From NCBI GenBank assembly GCA_006514895.1, contig VDMG01000310.1, positions 1-46,547 on the forward strand: a DNA stretch of 46,547 nt, given 5' to 3'. The notes below the pieces were generated by a model. The model searched no databases. It saw only the letters and a list, made by a program, of their open reading frames with translations, and was not told the origin of the DNA. This document shows positions 12,771 to 23,536 of this stretch, in pieces (within the stretch, counting starts at the first letter, position 1; each line of letters begins with the position of its first letter). This DNA is from Beijerinckiaceae bacterium. Lineage in GTDB: Bacteria; Pseudomonadota; Alphaproteobacteria; Rhizobiales; Beijerinckiaceae. A program made the translations under genes and the position numbers.

Positions 12771-13895
12771 ATGCCGTGGAGCAGTGAAGGCGGAAATGGC
12801 GGTTCCTGGAAACCCAGCGGCCCCGGGCCTTGGGGACCAAAACCGGGCGGGACGCCTCCCGAATTCGAGGAATTCCTGAAGCGCGGGCAGGAAAAGATCA
12901 AACAATGGATGCCTGGAAGCGGCGGCGGACTGGGAGGACGCGGTCTTCTCGCCTTGGCTCTCGTCGGCACGATCGTTTGGCTTTTGTCGGGGTTTTACAC
13001 GGTCGGCCCGAACGAAGTCGGGTTGAACAGGATTTTCGGCCGTTACACGGGCAAAACCGGGCCTGGGTTGAACTACAACCTGCCGATCCCCATCGGCAGC
13101 GTGGAGAAGCTCCCAGTCACCGATCGCAACACGATCAATATCGGTTTCGGCGTGCGTCAGGACGTGCGCGAGCCGAATGCGCAAATTCCGCTCGACCTGC
13201 CGGAAGAGAGCCTGATACTGACAGGCGACGACAATATTGCCGACGTCAAATTTGTCGTCATCTGGCAGATCGACCCGGTGCACCCCGAGGATTATGCCTT
13301 CAACATCTCAAACCAGCGCGACACCGTGAAAGCGGTGGCCGAGAGCGCCATGCGCGAAGTCATCGGCCGCGGCGAGATCCTGCCAATTCTGACTATCGAA
13401 CGTCCAAAGATCGAGTCGAGCGTGCAAGAAATCATGCAAAACGTCTTGAATGGGTACAAGGCCGGGATTCTGGTGCTGCAGGTGCAATTGCAATCCGTCG
13501 ACCCGCCGGAGCAGGTCATCGCCGCCTTCAAGGACGTGATCGCGGCGCAGCAGGATCAGGACCGTTTGAGCAACGAGGCCCAGGCCTATGCCAACCGGGT
13601 CGTTCCCGAGGCCCGCGGCAAGGCCGCCGCGATTGTCCAGGCGGCGGAAGGTTACAAGCTACAAACCGTCGCCGAGGCGACCGGGCAGGTCGCGCGTTTT
13701 AACAAAATCTATGAGCAATATAAAAAAGCGCCCGAGGTGACGCGCGAAAGACTCTATCTCGAGACCATGGAACGGGTGCTCGGCGGGATGGACAAGATCA
13801 TTCTCGATCAGAGCGGCGGGCAAGGCCAAGGGGTGGTTCCCTATTTGCCGCTTGGGCCCTTGACGCCGCCCGCGAACGAGGGAGGCCGCAAATGA
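12771..13895 (+). CDS. hflK: FtsH protease modulator HflK
   Basis: MPWS..G-rich N-terminus, TM helix, SPFH domain, EAQAYANRVVPEARG, APEVTRERLYLETME. Confidence 0.96.
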   Translation: MPWSSEGGNGGSWKPSGPGPWGPKPGGTPPEFEEFLKRGQEKIKQWMPGSGGGLGGRGLLALALVGTIVWLLSGFYTVGPNEVGLNRIFGRYTGKTGPGLNYNLPIPIGSVEKLPVTDRNTINIGFGVRQDVREPNAQIPLDLPEESLILTGDDNIADVKFVVIWQIDPVHPEDYAFNISNQRDTVKAVAESAMREVIGRGEILPILTIERPKIESSVQEIMQNVLNGYKAGILVLQVQLQSVDPPEQVIAAFKDVIAAQQDQDRLSNEAQAYANRVVPEARGKAAAIVQAAEGYKLQTVAEATGQVARFNKIYEQYKKAPEVTRERLYLETMERVLGGMDKIILDQSGGQGQGVVPYLPLGPLTPPANEGGRK

Positions 13896-14809
13896 AGGGC
13901 GCGGCCACATTCGGCGGGATCGCCGTCCTCATCCTCATCCTGGTCGTCGCGATGGCCTCGGTGTTCACAGTGGACCAGACCGAGCAGGCGATCGTCTTGC
14001 GTTTCGGCGAGCCGGTCGCGGGGCGCGGTCTCATCACCACGCCAGGGCTTCATTTCAAATACCCCTTCATCGAGAATGTCGTTTTTCTCGACAATCGCAT
14101 CCTCGTTGTCGAGGCGCCAAAACAGGAAGTGCTCGCCTCCGACAACAACCGCCTCGAGGTTGATTCCTTCCTGCGCTACCGGATCGTCGATCCGCTTAAA
14201 TTCTATCAGACGGTCGGCTCGCCGGAACGGGCGAACAGTCAGCTGGGGTTCATCTTGAACTCGGCGGTGCGCCGGGTGCTGGGCGAGGCGACCCAGACCG
14301 AAATCGTGCGTGACAATCGCGCCGATCTCATGGTCAAGATCCGCGAGCAGATGAACCAGGAAGGGAGCCGTCTTGGCATCTTCGCTGTCGATGTGAGAAT
14401 CCGCCACGCCGATCTGCCAAGGCAGATTTCCGAAAAGGTTTTCAGCCGGATGCAGAGTGAACGCGCGCGCGAGGCGGCGGAATATCGTGCGAAAGGCTCC
14501 GAAACTGCGCAAACCCTGAGAGCGACAGCCGATCGTGATGTGGTCGTGCTGCTCGGCAACGCGCAACGCCAAGCCGACCAGACCCGGGGCGAAGGCGACG
14601 CGGAACGAAACCGCATTTTCGCCGAGGCGTTCGGCAAGGATCCTGATTTTTTTGCTTTCTATCGCTCGATGCAAGCCTATGAGACCGGGCTGAAAGGCGG
14701 CGAAACGCGCATGGTCGTCAGCCCAAAATCGGATTTCTTCCGCTTTTTCGGCTCGCCCAATGGCCAGCCGGCGACGTCCTCGCCGGTTGCTCCCGCCGCG
14801 GCCCGCTGA
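13892..14809 (+). CDS. hflC: FtsH protease modulator HflC
   Basis: QAIVLRFGEP, PGLHFKYPF, RMQSERAREA, DPDFFAFYRSMQAY; ATGA overlap with hflK. Confidence 0.96.
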   Translation: MKGAATFGGIAVLILILVVAMASVFTVDQTEQAIVLRFGEPVAGRGLITTPGLHFKYPFIENVVFLDNRILVVEAPKQEVLASDNNRLEVDSFLRYRIVDPLKFYQTVGSPERANSQLGFILNSAVRRVLGEATQTEIVRDNRADLMVKIREQMNQEGSRLGIFAVDVRIRHADLPRQISEKVFSRMQSERAREAAEYRAKGSETAQTLRATADRDVVVLLGNAQRQADQTRGEGDAERNRIFAEAFGKDPDFFAFYRSMQAYETGLKGGETRMVVSPKSDFFRFFGSPNGQPATSSPVAPAAAR

Positions 14810-14890
14810 TAGTTTGAAGCTTCGCCGAGGTTCAGGCTTCCAAACGCCGGGCGCGACACAAGAAACATGTTGAGACCCGGTTTTCGACCT

Positions 14891-15097
14891 TAGAGCATGT
14901 CCTGATAAGGACATGCTCCAACTCTTTGAATCAGAGCGAGTCCTTTTCGATCACGTGATTCCACGTGCGGGGCAAGCGCTCTAGAGCGGGATGAGGAAAA
15001 GTGGAAATCGGTTTTCCGCCCGCATCCCGCTCTAAACTCTAAGAATCGATCACGTTCATGATTTTGGATTGAATCAATCCAAAATCATCGCGATCTA
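14891..15097. repeat. Two abutting palindromic repeat elements (RIME/MITE-like) sharing a TA
   Basis: Unit A TAGAGCATGTCC...GGACATGCTC...AAGCGCTCTA (14891-14983); unit B TAGAGCGGGATG...CATCCCGCTCTA...ATGATTTTGGATTGAATCAATCCAAAATCAT...GATCTA (14982-15097). Confidence 0.88.
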
Positions 15098-15116
15098 GCG
15101 TGTGAGAGCATAAGAG

Positions 15117-16316
15117 ATGGCAGAGGCAGGCGAGACCTCGCGATCCTTCGCCTGGAACGATCCTTTCGATCTCGACGGCCAGCTCACCGAAGACGAAAAG
15201 CTTGTGCGCGACTCGGCTCGCGCTTTCGCGCAAGATTATTTGCTCCCGCGCGTGAACGAAGATTATCTCGAAGAGCGGTTCGATCGCGAGGTCCTGATGC
15301 AAATGGGCCGCCTTGGGCTGCTCGGCGCGTCGATTCCCCAAAACTATGGCGGCGCCGGGCTCGGCCCTGTTGCCTATGGGCTTGCCGCCCGCGAGGTCGA
15401 GCGCGCCGATAGCGGCTATCGCTCGATGATTAGTGTGCAGTCTTCGCTCGTGATGCACGCGATCCACGCCTACGGCAGCGAGACTCAGCGCCGCAAATAT
15501 TTGCCAAAACTCGCCACGGGCGAGTGGATTGGCTGTTTCGGTCTCACAGAGCCGGACGCGGGCTCCGATCCACAAGCCATGCGCAGCAAAGCGGAAAAAG
15601 CCAAGGACGGATACCGGCTCACCGGCGCCAAAACCTGGATCACCAACAGTCCCGTGGCCGACATATTGGTTGTCTGGGCAAAATCGAGCGCGCATCAAAC
15701 CGCGATCCGGGGATTTATTCTCGAACGCGGGATGCAAGGGCTCACCACCCCAATGATTTCGCAAAAGCTTTCGCTGCGCGCCTCGCCAACCGGCGAGATC
15801 GTCATGGACGCTGTCGAAGTGCCGGGAGAAAACCTCTTGCCGGACGCCTCGGGGCTCAAAGCGCCTTTTGGCTGCCTCAACCTTGCGCGCTACGGCATCT
15901 CATGGGGCGCGATGGGCGCGGCCGAGGCATGTTTCGAAGCGGCCCGAACTTATACACTCGAACGCCAGCAATTCGGCCGTCCGCTCGCCGCCAATCAACT
16001 GATCCAAAAAAAACTCGCCGACATGGAAACCGAAATCGCGCTCGGGCTTCAGGCCGCCTTGCGCATCGGCCGTCTGCTCGAACAAGGCAGACTTGCGCCC
16101 GAAACTATCTCGCTCGTCAAGCGCAACAACGCCGGCAAGGCGCTCGACATCGCCCGCATGGCCCGCGACATGCTTGGCGCCAATGGAATTTCCGCCGCCT
16201 TCCCCGTCATGCGCCACCTCACCAATCTTGAAACGGTGAATACTTACGAGGGCACGCACGATATTCACGCACTCATCCTCGGGCGGGCGATCACCGGTCT
16301 CCAGGCCTTTTCTTGA
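15117..16316 (+). CDS. gcdH: Acyl-CoA dehydrogenase, glutaryl-CoA dehydrogenase type
   Basis: [55 protein letters not shown]. Confidence 0.9.
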   Translation: MAEAGETSRSFAWNDPFDLDGQLTEDEKLVRDSARAFAQDYLLPRVNEDYLEERFDREVLMQMGRLGLLGASIPQNYGGAGLGPVAYGLAAREVERADSGYRSMISVQSSLVMHAIHAYGSETQRRKYLPKLATGEWIGCFGLTEPDAGSDPQAMRSKAEKAKDGYRLTGAKTWITNSPVADILVVWAKSSAHQTAIRGFILERGMQGLTTPMISQKLSLRASPTGEIVMDAVEVPGENLLPDASGLKAPFGCLNLARYGISWGAMGAAEACFEAARTYTLERQQFGRPLAANQLIQKKLADMETEIALGLQAALRIGRLLEQGRLAPETISLVKRNNAGKALDIARMARDMLGANGISAAFPVMRHLTNLETVNTYEGTHDIHALILGRAITGLQAFS

Positions 16317-16423
16317 GCCCGGAATTGCCGCGCGACGATTGACGAGCGGAGCTATGCTTCCTATCGTTCCGCTTGAGCGCGGGTCCAGCCCTCCCGCGAA
16401 CATCTTGGCTTTAAGGTCACCTC

Positions 16424-18133
16424 ATGTCTCTTCCCGCAACTCCGGCCGCGGGCGCAGCTTCCATCGCCGGAGCGCTCGGACAAGCCAATGCCTGGCCCTT
16501 CGAGGAGGCGCGAAAGCTCGTGGCGCGGGTCGAGGCGACCGGCCAGACCGGGGTGTTGTTCGAGACAGGCTATGGGCCTTCCGGGCTGCCCCATATCGGG
16601 ACCTTTGGCGAGGTCGCCCGCACGAGCATGGTGCGGCACGCGTTCCAAGTGTTGACGCAAGATAAGATCAAGACCCGTCTCATCGCGTTTTCGGACGACA
16701 TGGATGGCCTTCGCAAGGCGCCGGACAATATTCCAAACAAGGAGCTTGTCGCCGCCCATCTCGGCAAGCCGCTGACAGAGGTTCCAGATCCGTTCGGCAC
16801 GCATGCAAGTTTTGGCGCGCACAACAATGCGCGGCTGCGGGCTTTTCTCGACCAATTCGGCTTCGATTACGAATTCGCCTCGGCGACCGATTATTATAAG
16901 TCAGGCCGCTTCGACGCAGCCCTTCTCCAAATGCTGGCGCATTACGATGAAGTGATGGCGATCATGTTGCCGAGCTTCCGCGAGGAACGGGCCGCGACCT
17001 ATTCGCCTTTTCTGCCTGTCCATCCAAGGACCGGCATCGTGATGCAGGTGCCGATCGAAGCCATCGACACCAGCACGGGCACGCTTAAATGGCGCGATCG
17101 TGACACGCAAGAGCGGTTCGAAACTCCGGTTACGGGCGGCGCCTGCAAGCTGCAATGGAAGCCGGACTGGGCGATGCGCTGGCATGCGCTTAAGGTCGAT
17201 TACGAAATGGCCGGCAAGGATCTGATCGAATCCGTCAAATTATCCGGAGCGATCGTCCGCGCGCTCGGCGGCACGCCGCCGGAAGGGTTCAATTATGAAT
17301 TGTTCCTCGACGAGAAGGGTCAAAAGATTTCGAAGTCGAAAGGCAATGGCCTGACCATCGAGGAGTGGCTCACCTATGCGAGCCCGGAAAGCCTCACCCT
17401 TTTCATGTATCAGAAACCATCCGCGGCCAAGCGGCTCTATTTCGATGTGATCCCGCGCACGGTCGATGATTATCTTAGCTTCCTCGATGCCTATCCACGG
17501 CAAGAGGCGAAAGAGCGTCTCGGCAATCCGGTCTGGCATATCCATTCGGGGGCGCCGCCAGAACCCGAAATTCTGCGCGGCGCGGGCAATCAATCGACCG
17601 CGATTACCTTTGGCATGCTGCTCAATCTCGCCGCCGTGGCGAACAGCGAAGATCCGCAGGTCCTTTGGGGTTTTTTGCGCCGCTACGCGCCGGATGTTTC
17701 ACCGCTCGCGCATCCCCGCCTTGACCAGCTCGTCGCTTATGCGGTGCGCTATTACCGCGATTTCGTGCGCCCGGCGAAAAGCTTTCACGAGCCGGACGAA
17801 ATCGAGCGCGCGGCCCTCGCAAATCTGTCCGCGGCTCTCGCCGCCTTGCCCGCGGACGCCAGCGCCGAAACAATCCAGAGCACTCTCTACGATGTCGCGC
17901 GCAAAATACCACGCTACCAGGATATGAAAGCCAAGGGCGCGACCGTGGAACGGCCGGGCGTCTCGAACGACTGGTTCACCATGCTCTACAGGGTGCTGCT
18001 CGGCGAAAGCCGGGGCCCCCGCTTCGGCTCTTTCGTGGCGCTTTATGGGATCACGGAAACCCGCCAGCTGATCACCGACGCGCTCTCTGGCGATCTTTTG
18101 CGCAAACATGCGGAGTTCCTGCGACTAGGGTAG
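16424..18133 (+). CDS. lysS: Lysine--tRNA ligase, class I
   Basis: [14 protein letters not shown] and KISKSKGNG class I signatures; GPRFGSF near the C-terminus. Confidence 0.96.
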   Translation: MSLPATPAAGAASIAGALGQANAWPFEEARKLVARVEATGQTGVLFETGYGPSGLPHIGTFGEVARTSMVRHAFQVLTQDKIKTRLIAFSDDMDGLRKAPDNIPNKELVAAHLGKPLTEVPDPFGTHASFGAHNNARLRAFLDQFGFDYEFASATDYYKSGRFDAALLQMLAHYDEVMAIMLPSFREERAATYSPFLPVHPRTGIVMQVPIEAIDTSTGTLKWRDRDTQERFETPVTGGACKLQWKPDWAMRWHALKVDYEMAGKDLIESVKLSGAIVRALGGTPPEGFNYELFLDEKGQKISKSKGNGLTIEEWLTYASPESLTLFMYQKPSAAKRLYFDVIPRTVDDYLSFLDAYPRQEAKERLGNPVWHIHSGAPPEPEILRGAGNQSTAITFGMLLNLAAVANSEDPQVLWGFLRRYAPDVSPLAHPRLDQLVAYAVRYYRDFVRPAKSFHEPDEIERAALANLSAALAALPADASAETIQSTLYDVARKIPRYQDMKAKGATVERPGVSNDWFTMLYRVLLGESRGPRFGSFVALYGITETRQLITDALSGDLLRKHAEFLRLG

Positions 18134-18179
18134 CATGGCGGCATTAGCGGCCTTCCGCATTTCACCAACGAGCGACTAA

Positions 18180-19028
18180 GTGGGACCACTCCAACATCTT
18201 CGCGTGAAGCAAATCAGGTTTACAGCGCGAGTCCTCGGCTGCGTCGAAGAGTTTAGCGGCGGCAATCGGCTCATTCGGACGATGGCGCACGCGCGGCTCA
18301 CGGCGCCGATTTTGAACGCCATGTTGGGGTATCAACGCGTTTTCGATGACTTGCCGCAAGCCGTCGCGGCGGCGAATCCCTATTCAAGCGGCGGCCACGA
18401 CGCCATGGAGGCCGGCGCGCTGCACCTGCGGCTCTCGAAGTCGCCCCGGCCGAGCGATTATGCGGTTTTCTATCACATTCAAAATCTCGTATCTGGCTGG
18501 TCCAAGATTTTCGATCTTGGTGGAAATGTAGGAAATCTATTTTATTGCTATAATCGGTACTTGAATTTTCCGCCGAGCCTTGTCTGGCAGGTGTATGATC
18601 TTCCCAAGTGGACAGACGAAGGCCGGCGCCTTGCCGAGGAACATGGCGAAAAGCGGCTTCAGTTTACACGCAACTGGGAGGACGCATCCGGAGCGGATCT
18701 GTTGCTTGTCTCCGGCGCGCTTCATTTTTTCGATCCCCCGGTTTATCACATGGTCGCCGAGCTTCCGGAAAAGCCAATACATCTCCTTATCAACCGCAGC
18801 CCCTTGATTGCTGGACCGACCAAGGCGGCCGTTCAGGACAATGACAACCTGAGGACGGCCCGCGTCCTCCACAACCGGGCGGAATTGATTGCAGCCTTCG
18901 AGGCGATAGGCTACGAATTGATGGACAGCTGGCAAGCTGCGGAGCTGGCATTCAAAATTATTGGGAAGCCTGAATTTTCGGCTCCTTCCTATTCCGGGCT
19001 CTATTTCCGGCTTAAGCCGCAAGCTTAG
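18180..19028 (+). CDS. Putative SAM-dependent methyltransferase (TIGR04325-like)
   Basis: DYAVFY, IFDLGGNVGNLFY, W.VYDLP, SGALHF, YSGLYF motifs; start uncertain. Confidence 0.75.
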   Translation: MGPLQHLRVKQIRFTARVLGCVEEFSGGNRLIRTMAHARLTAPILNAMLGYQRVFDDLPQAVAAANPYSSGGHDAMEAGALHLRLSKSPRPSDYAVFYHIQNLVSGWSKIFDLGGNVGNLFYCYNRYLNFPPSLVWQVYDLPKWTDEGRRLAEEHGEKRLQFTRNWEDASGADLLLVSGALHFFDPPVYHMVAELPEKPIHLLINRSPLIAGPTKAAVQDNDNLRTARVLHNRAELIAAFEAIGYELMDSWQAAELAFKIIGKPEFSAPSYSGLYFRLKPQA

Positions 19029-19059
19029 CGCTCTAAAGGTCGGATCACGGTCTGAGCCT

Positions 19060-19323
19060 GGTCGCGACCTTGCTCTCATTCATTTCTCGCTTCGCGCACA
19101 GCTTGAAGAGACCGCCGCGAAATGGTTTTTTGGCCAAGAAGATCTAATGCTCATCGCCGCCGATCCCACGGCTCTCGGCGAAGCCTTGCGCTTTGAGCCC
19201 TCGCGCGGCGGCGCGCTTTTTCCACATCTTTATGCGGATCTGCCGCTCGATGCCGTGGTTTTTGCAAAACCTCCGCCTCTCCGGCCTGATGGCGGACATG
19301 ATTTCACCGGGCTGCTGGAATGA
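19060..19323 (+). pseudogene. 5'-truncated DUF952 family gene
   Basis: IHFS..AQLEETAAKWF.GQEDL...LRFEPSRGGALFPHLY..LPLDAV in the usual position before pyrD, but the N-terminal IYKI segment and a matching start codon are absent. Confidence 0.75.
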
Positions 19324-19372
19324 GCATCCCTTGCGTTGTAGCGATCATTTTTGATTCAAGGTCCCGGTTTTC

Positions 19373-20512
19373 ATGCGCGAACCTGAACGGAGTTTAATTC
19401 GGCTGCTGGATGCGTTGGCGCGCCTAATTCTGTCTCTATTTGAGCCAGAACGCGCGCATGAAATAGCTATAAAGCGACTGAAAACCTTCGCAAAGGTTCC
19501 GTGGCGGCAAGCTTCTCCTGACGACTATCGTCTCGCCGTCAATGCTTTTGGTCACAACTTTCCTAATCCGCTCGGACTTGCTGCGGGCTTCGACAAGAAT
19601 GGCGAGGCAGTCGATGCTATTCTTCGCCTTGGTTTTGGATTTACCGAAATAGGCACGATCACGCCGCGGCCGCAGCAGGGAAATCTTCCCGCCGAGAAAC
19701 GCGTCCTTCGCCTCAATCGTGATCAGGCCGCAATCAATTGGCTCGGCTTCCCAAGCCAAGGACATGAGCCTGTTCATCAACGGCTCGCCAAGCGTGCGCA
19801 CAAGGGGGGCATCGTTGGGATCAATCTCGGTGCCAATAAGGAGACGCTGGATCGTCCCGCCGATTATGCGCGAGGAATCGAACTCTTCGGGGATATTGCG
19901 GATTATTTCGCGATCAATATTTCGTCCCCGAACACGCCTGGGTTGCGTGAGCTACAGCGCGGTGCTGCTCTCGATGAACTCCTTGCGCGTGTCCTCGCCG
20001 AACGCGACAAATTGGTCGAGCGTTTCGGCCGCCTGCCGGTGCTTCTAAAGATCGCGCCCGATCTTACGCTCGCTGAGCTAGACGAAATCGTCAATCGCGC
20101 CCGTGCGCGGAAGATAGATGGGATGATCGTCTCGAACACCACCGTCTCGTGGCCAGCTTCATTGCACGACGTGCCGAATCACAAAAAGGGGGGTCTATCA
20201 GGCCGGCCCCTGTTTGGGCTTTCGACCCAAATGCTTGCAGCCACATATCTCCGCGTGGAAAAACAGTTTCCCTTGGTCGGCGTTGGCGGTGTCGAAAACG
20301 CGGAAACCGCTCTCGCCAAGATCGAGGCCGGCGCGACGCTCGTGCAGGTCTGCACATCTTTTGCGTTTAAAGGGCTTACGATTGCGGATGAAATCAACAG
20401 CGGCCTCGTCCGGCTCCTCGCCCAAAAATCCTATCCCCGTCTCGCGGACGCAATCGGCGCCACCGCGGCGGATTGGGCCAGCGGAAAACTCAATGCGGAC
20501 AATTTCCGGTAG
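19373..20512 (+). CDS. pyrD: Quinone-dependent dihydroorotate dehydrogenase (class 2)
   Basis: NPLGLAAGFDKNG, EIGTITPRPQ.GN, NISSPNTPGLR, KIAPDL, SNTT, GGLSG. Confidence 0.94.
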   Translation: MREPERSLIRLLDALARLILSLFEPERAHEIAIKRLKTFAKVPWRQASPDDYRLAVNAFGHNFPNPLGLAAGFDKNGEAVDAILRLGFGFTEIGTITPRPQQGNLPAEKRVLRLNRDQAAINWLGFPSQGHEPVHQRLAKRAHKGGIVGINLGANKETLDRPADYARGIELFGDIADYFAINISSPNTPGLRELQRGAALDELLARVLAERDKLVERFGRLPVLLKIAPDLTLAELDEIVNRARARKIDGMIVSNTTVSWPASLHDVPNHKKGGLSGRPLFGLSTQMLAATYLRVEKQFPLVGVGGVENAETALAKIEAGATLVQVCTSFAFKGLTIADEINSGLVRLLAQKSYPRLADAIGATAADWASGKLNADNFR

Positions 20513-21813
20513 CGCCACGCCAGGGTCAGGCCTCGCGCAGCAAGAAAGAAAAGAAGCGCGAGCCAGAGCCCGCTATTGCCGAGGGGCCGCAGCAGGTAGA
20601 AGCTTGCGATAAAAAGCGCGAGCGAAAGGAGCATCATGTTGCGCATGTCGCGTGTCCATGTCGCGCCCACGAACACGCCGTCGAATTCATAGGTGAGGGC
20701 GCCGGCAAGTGGCATCAGCGCGGCAAACACAAGATAATCGCTCGCATAGGCCCGTACTTGCTGGCTGGTTGTCAGAAGGGCGATGAAGGAATTGCCGCAA
20801 AGCAGCGCGGATGCCGACAAGCCGGCGGCAAAAGTGAAGCACCACAAAAGGGTCAGACGCACGGATGCGCGAAAACTCCTTGCGTCCCGCGCGCCAAGCG
20901 ATTGCCCACACATCTGCTCGGCCGCCGTCGCAAAGCCATCGAGGAAAAAGGCCGCGACGAAAACGAGATTCAGCAAGATCGCATTGGCGGCGAGCCTTAC
21001 GTCGCCGCCCCGAGCGCCTTGCGCGGTAAAAAACACGAGGGCAAAAAGCAGCGCCGTGTTGCGGACAAAAATATCGCGATTGATCGCGAACATGCGGGTC
21101 AATTTCACCCGGTCGAATACAAGTCCGCGCGCCACGGAAAACAGATCGCCATACATGCGCCAGACAACCAGCAAACCCGCGAGCGCGCCCAACAGCTCGG
21201 CGGCGAGCGTGCCAATCGCCGACCCCTGGACACCAAGCCCAAGCCCATAGACGAAGGCGACGTTGAGGCCAATATTGCCAAGATTGATCAGGACCTGAAG
21301 GGCGAGCGCGATATCGGTCCGCCCGCGCCCGACGATCGCGCCCATAAAGGCATAATTCGCAAGCGCGAAGGGCGCCGACCAGATTCTGATATCGAAATAT
21401 TGCCGTCCCGCGCCGGTAACTTCAGGGCTGGCCGCAAGCGCGCCAAAGCCGGTCCAGGCGATCGGTGCCTGCAGGCAAATCATGGCGGTGCCAATGGCGA
21501 GCGCAACAATCAAGGCGCGCAGGAGTGTCGCGCGTTGCTCGCCTCCGTCATCTGCCCCCAGGGCTTGCGCGGTGAGCCCCGCCGTTCCCATGCGCAGGAA
21601 ACCAAAACTCCAAAAGATGAAGTCGAAAATAACCGCGGTGGCGGCGATGGCGCCGAGAAGATGAGCTTGACCGAGTCTGCCGATCACCCCCACATCGGCC
21701 ACGCCCAGCAAGGGCGTCGACAAATGGGCAAGCGTCATCGGCAGCGCCAGCCGCGCCACGCGGGCGTGGCTGATTTGCGGAGGATTGACACCAGCGCTTG
21801 GGTTAGAAGCCAC
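20431..21813 (-). CDS. MATE family efflux transporter, DinF-like
   Basis: STPLLGVAD..VIG.LG, FGFLRMGTAGLTAQA.G, FLDGFATAAE, DGVFVGATW. Confidence 0.93.
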   Translation of the reverse strand: MASNPSAGVNPPQISHARVARLALPMTLAHLSTPLLGVADVGVIGRLGQAHLLGAIAATAVIFDFIFWSFGFLRMGTAGLTAQALGADDGGEQRATLLRALIVALAIGTAMICLQAPIAWTGFGALAASPEVTGAGRQYFDIRIWSAPFALANYAFMGAIVGRGRTDIALALQVLINLGNIGLNVAFVYGLGLGVQGSAIGTLAAELLGALAGLLVVWRMYGDLFSVARGLVFDRVKLTRMFAINRDIFVRNTALLFALVFFTAQGARGGDVRLAANAILLNLVFVAAFFLDGFATAAEQMCGQSLGARDARSFRASVRLTLLWCFTFAAGLSASALLCGNSFIALLTTSQQVRAYASDYLVFAALMPLAGALTYEFDGVFVGATWTRDMRNMMLLSLALFIASFYLLRPLGNSGLWLALLFFLAARGLTLAWRYRKLSALSFPLAQSAAVAPIASARRG

Positions 21814-21828
21814 CGCGCTGCGCTCCCC

Positions 21829-22194
21829 TCAGCGGCCGTTGCGCATATTCATGAGTCGCAGCACCAGCCAGACTGGGACAACGATCGCGGCGCCCGCGAG
21901 GATATAATCGGCGATCTCGCGGATCGCATCGAAGCCAAGACCCCAGATGCGATTGATGAGGTCATTTATCGCGCGAAAAATATCCGCCGGCCGAATGTCG
22001 AGCCACATCAGAAAAGCGCCGACGATCAGGGATACAAAAACAAGGCGCAAGAAAACGCCGCCGGGCGAGCCCCCCAGAAAGCGGTTCAGCGGCGTCTCGT
22101 CATGCGGCGCGGGCACGTTGGATGTGCTTGGCGGCTGTCCCGGCGCCGTCCAATAGGGCGGGATCTTCGGCGGGGAACTTTCATCTTCGCTCAT
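21829..22194 (-). CDS. Small membrane protein, DUF6460-like
   Basis: LNRFLGGSP..VFLRLVFVSLIVG...WGLGFDAI...YILAGAAIVVPVWL. Confidence 0.75.
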   Translation of the reverse strand: MSEDESSPPKIPPYWTAPGQPPSTSNVPAPHDETPLNRFLGGSPGGVFLRLVFVSLIVGAFLMWLDIRPADIFRAINDLINRIWGLGFDAIREIADYILAGAAIVVPVWLVLRLMNMRNGR

Positions 22195-22276
22195 GCAAAA
22201 CCTCAAAAATCGAAGTCATGGAGGCGGCAAGGCCTCGAACAACACTTTGACGGATAGATTGCGCGGCGTGTCAACA

Positions 22277-23467
22277 TCACGGCGCTTCAAGCGCGATGGC
22301 GGTGGCCTCGCCGCCGCCGATGCAAAGCGCCGCCGCGCCGCGTTTCAGGCTGTATTTTTGCATGGCCGCGAGAAGCGTCACGACAATTCTGGCGCCCGAC
22401 GCGCCGATCGGATGGCCGAGGGCGCAAGCGCCGCCATGCACATTGACTTTTTCATGCGGCAGGGAGAGCTCTTGCATAGCCGCCATGGTGACAACCGCGA
22501 AGGCCTCGTTGATCTCGAAAAGATCGACGTCCGCCAGGGACCAGCCGGTTTTGTCCATCAGTTTTCGCAACGCGCCAATGGGGGCGGTGGGGAATTGGTG
22601 TGGAGCTTGCGCATGGGTGGCATGGGCGCGGATCGTGGCCAAGGGCGCGATGCCGCGCTTTTCGGCTTCCCGTCGCCGCATGAGAATGAGTGCCGCGGCG
22701 CCATCCGAAATCGAGCTCGAATTGGCGGCGGTCACGGTGCCGCCCTCCCTAAACACGGGCTTCAAAAAGGGAATTTTGTCGGGCCTCGCCTTCTGCGGCT
22801 GCTCATCATGCGAAACAATCCGGTCTTTGTTCTTGCCGTCCCTGACCGCAACCGGCGCGACCTCTTTTGCAAAACTGCCGTCGCTGATCGCCCGTTGCGC
22901 CCGCTCCAAAGAAGCGATGGCGAAGGCGTCCTGGGCGGCGCGGGTGAATTGAAAGCCTTCGGCGCAATCCTCCGCGAAAGCACCCATCGGCAAATGCGCG
23001 CCATAGGCATCTTCGAGCCCATCAAGGAACATATGATCGAGGAGTCTTCCATGCCCCATCCGGTAGCCGGACCGGGCCCGGTCGAGCAAATAGGGCGCGT
23101 TGGTCATGCTCTCCATGCCGCCCGCAAGAGCTATCCGCGCGCTTCCGGCGCACAAAATGTCATGCGCGAGCATGATGGCCTTCATGCCGGAACCGCACAT
23201 CTTATTGACGGTGGTGCAAGGGGTTGCCTCGGGCAGGCCGGCCGCGAGTGCCGCCTGACGGGCGGGAGCCTGGCCCTGGCCCGCCGGTAAGACACAGCCG
23301 AGAATCAGTTCATCGATCTGCTCGGACGCAACGCCTGACCGCGCGAGCACCGCCTTCGCCGCCACGGCGCCGAGGTTTGCGGCGGCAAGGTCCTTGAAAT
23401 CCCCTTGAAAAACGCCAATGGGCGTGCGCGCGGCGGCTATAATGACGACCGGATCCGGTTCGGACAT
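22277..23467 (-). CDS. Acetyl-CoA C-acyltransferase (thiolase)
   Basis: NKMCGSG, NEAFA, GHPIGASGAR, CIGGGEA catalytic motifs. Confidence 0.96.
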   Translation of the reverse strand: MSEPDPVVIIAAARTPIGVFQGDFKDLAAANLGAVAAKAVLARSGVASEQIDELILGCVLPAGQGQAPARQAALAAGLPEATPCTTVNKMCGSGMKAIMLAHDILCAGSARIALAGGMESMTNAPYLLDRARSGYRMGHGRLLDHMFLDGLEDAYGAHLPMGAFAEDCAEGFQFTRAAQDAFAIASLERAQRAISDGSFAKEVAPVAVRDGKNKDRIVSHDEQPQKARPDKIPFLKPVFREGGTVTAANSSSISDGAAALILMRRREAEKRGIAPLATIRAHATHAQAPHQFPTAPIGALRKLMDKTGWSLADVDLFEINEAFAVVTMAAMQELSLPHEKVNVHGGACALGHPIGASGARIVVTLLAAMQKYSLKRGAAALCIGGGEATAIALEAP

Positions 23468-23536
23468 GGTCCAACTCGTTGATTTCAGGTGCTTCCTTCC
23501 CGATCGCGGGAGTTTACGGGATCGGCGAACATTCCA

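Noticed and set aside
14945-14970. CACGTG cores in repeat unit A (also near 23737) as parS sites
   Set aside because: Only the central hexamer matches; the GTTT/AAAC arms are missing
20473-22257. 594-aa plus-strand ORF, and similar long antisense ORFs over oppA, fadB, corA, cysNC and accD
   Set aside because: Opposite well-supported genes, with no recognisable domains
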